DNA from: Bacteroidales bacterium | Lineage (GTDB): Bacteria > Bacteroidota > Bacteroidia > Bacteroidales > BM520 | Assembly (NCBI GenBank): GCA_017538085.1 | Contig: JAFYJP010000022.1 | Location: 1 to 50,078, forward strand | DNA: 50,078 nt | Reading direction: 5' to 3' | Shown: positions 48,483-50,078 of the stretch, in pieces | How the letters are laid out: every line of letters begins with the position of its first letter | Numbering within the stretch: position 1 is the stretch's first letter | Notes under the pieces: generated by a model | The model's input: the letters and a program-made list of their open reading frames with translations, nothing else | Database searches by the model: none | Told to the model about the DNA's origin: nothing | Program-made: the position numbers and the translations under genes

Positions 48483-50078
48483 ATGGAAAGCCAATATGAT
48501 ATAATTGTGGTTGGAGCAGGTCATGCCGGATGCGAAGCAGCGTGTGCGGCATCAAATCTCGGTGCCAAGACTTTGATGGTAACACTGAACAGGGAGAGTG
48601 TCGCCAGGATGTCATGCAATCCGGCAATAGGCGGCATAGCAAAAGGCCAGATAGTCAGGGAAATCGATGCCATGGGAGGATACACGGGAATAGTCGCCGA
48701 CCGCTCAATGCTGCAGTTCAAGATGCTGAACCGGTCAAAGGGTCCTGCAATGTGGAGTCCACGTTCCCAAAACGACAAGAGACTGTTCACCCTCGAATGG
48801 CTCAATGTGCTCGACTCGATGAAGAATCTTGATTTCATTCAGGATGATGCCAAAAGTCTTATCATCGAAAACGACACTGTAAAAGGCATCAGAACAGCCA
48901 TGGGGAAGTCGGTTTATGCCAAAGCCGTGATACTTGCCAACGGAACCTTCCTGAATGGCAGAATACATATTGGAGAAGTATCATTTGCAGGAGGCAGGCT
49001 CGGAGAGCAAAATTCTATCGGCATAAGCGACCAGCTGTTGTCACTCGGCTTCACCGTAGAAAAGCTGAAAACTGGCACACCTGTCAGAATCGACGGCAGA
49101 ACCATAGACTATTCGGCACTGATTGAGCAGCCTTTTGACGATGTCCCCGGAAAATTCAGCTTCTCTGACGAGACGCAATGTCTTGACATTTCCAAACAGC
49201 GCAAATGCTATATTGCCCACACCTCGCCAGAAGTGCATAATATCCTAAAGGAGGGGTTTGACCGTTCACCAATGTTTCAAGGACGCATCAAAGGCAAAGG
49301 GCCGAGATACTGTCCTTCAATTGAAGACAAGCTGAACAGATTTGCCGACAAAACGCAGCATCCTATTTTCGTAGAGCCTGAGGGATTCAACAATATTGAA
49401 GTTTATCTCAACGGATTCTCCTCATCTCTTCCAGAAGAAATACAATACAAAGCCATCCGTAAGATGGCAGGTTTTGAACATGCCAAATTCATGAAGCCCG
49501 GATATGCCATCGAATATGACTTTTTCCAGCCCACACAGCTGAAAAGCACACTTGAGACAAAACAGATATCCAATCTTTACTTCACCGGGCAGATAAACGG
49601 GACCACCGGATATGAGGAGGCAGCATGTCAAGGTCTTATGGCCGGCATCAACGCCGTAAGAAAAATCCGCAATGAAGAGCCGATAGTCCTGTCCCGTTCC
49701 GAGGCGTATATCGGTGTGCTCATCGACGACCTTATAACCAAGGGTGTTGACGAACCGTACCGTATGTTCACTTCACGTGCCGAACACAGGATTCTTCTTC
49801 GCCAGGACAATGCCGACATAAGACTCACACCGTTGTCACACCATTTAGGCCTCGCCGATGACAAACGATACAATAGGGTAGAGGAAAAGATTGACAAGAT
49901 AAAAAGGCTGAGCGCATATCTTGAAGAGACCAACATAACCCAGGAAGAAGTCAACCCTTATCTTTCAACATTACTGTCGGGTCCTATCAACGAAAGCACC
50001 AGGTTGTCAAAGATAATTCTCCGCCCTGATGTCAATATCGGAACTTTAAAAAAATACTCTGTCGGACTCCAGAATTTC
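48483..50078 (+). CDS. mnmG: tRNA uridine-5-carboxymethylaminomethyl modification enzyme MnmG/GidA (3' end runs off the window)
   Basis: My own translation from the ATG at 48483 gives MESQYDIIVVGAGHAGCEAACAASNLGAKTLMVTLN (FAD fold), and later QGLMAGINA is in frame at 49629. The frame is open to the window end (532 codons). Confidence 0.9.
   Translation, partial: MESQYDIIVVGAGHAGCEAACAASNLGAKTLMVTLNRESVARMSCNPAIGGIAKGQIVREIDAMGGYTGIVADRSMLQFKMLNRSKGPAMWSPRSQNDKRLFTLEWLNVLDSMKNLDFIQDDAKSLIIENDTVKGIRTAMGKSVYAKAVILANGTFLNGRIHIGEVSFAGGRLGEQNSIGISDQLLSLGFTVEKLKTGTPVRIDGRTIDYSALIEQPFDDVPGKFSFSDETQCLDISKQRKCYIAHTSPEVHNILKEGFDRSPMFQGRIKGKGPRYCPSIEDKLNRFADKTQHPIFVEPEGFNNIEVYLNGFSSSLPEEIQYKAIRKMAGFEHAKFMKPGYAIEYDFFQPTQLKSTLETKQISNLYFTGQINGTTGYEEAACQGLMAGINAVRKIRNEEPIVLSRSEAYIGVLIDDLITKGVDEPYRMFTSRAEHRILLRQDNADIRLTPLSHHLGLADDKRYNRVEEKIDKIKRLSAYLEETNITQEEVNPYLSTLLSGPINESTRLSKIILRPDVNIGTLKKYSVGLQNF

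Overview
This is a gene-dense 50-kb chromosomal window from a Bacteroidota genome, probably Bacteroidales-like. The supporting signs are type IX secretion (T9SS) genes, TAnnTTTG-type -7 promoter boxes, 2-oxoglutarate:ferredoxin oxidoreductase, and roughly 40% GC by eye over most of the window. I support 37 CDS, two of them cut by the window edges. I saw no rRNA, tRNA, CRISPR array, integrase or transposase.

Layout:
(1) 1-4458: three co-oriented genes, each a P-loop ATPase with a C-terminal restriction-endonuclease-like tail. This block looks GC-richer (about 50% by eye) and contains unusual intergenic repeats.
(2) 4523-10686: korA-korB, followed tightly by an SGNH hydrolase and an MBOAT acyltransferase.
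(3) 10768-17963: an outer-membrane biogenesis block (skp x2, bamA, uppS, a PorG-like barrel), then nadK, a HIT gene and greA.
(4) 18063-27542: a self-contained three-gene unit bounded by terminators. It encodes a 1247-aa TonB-dependent-receptor-like barrel, a 1546-aa uncharacterised protein with a T9SS C-terminal sorting domain, and a PorV/PorQ-family barrel. This is my best candidate for an undescribed system.
(5) 27895-35144: a housekeeping string (Cys-rich lipoprotein, ahcY, queA, truB, uppP, DUF3098, ftsX, trkH).
(6) 35262-39629: folB, a PorZ-like gene, recO and a DMT transporter.
(7) 39632-44544: aspS, rodA and mrdA.
(8) 44672-50078: a 1116-aa membrane-anchored coiled-coil protein, ybeY and mnmG (partial).

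All family calls come from motifs read in the supplied translations plus remembered family knowledge. No database search was run.
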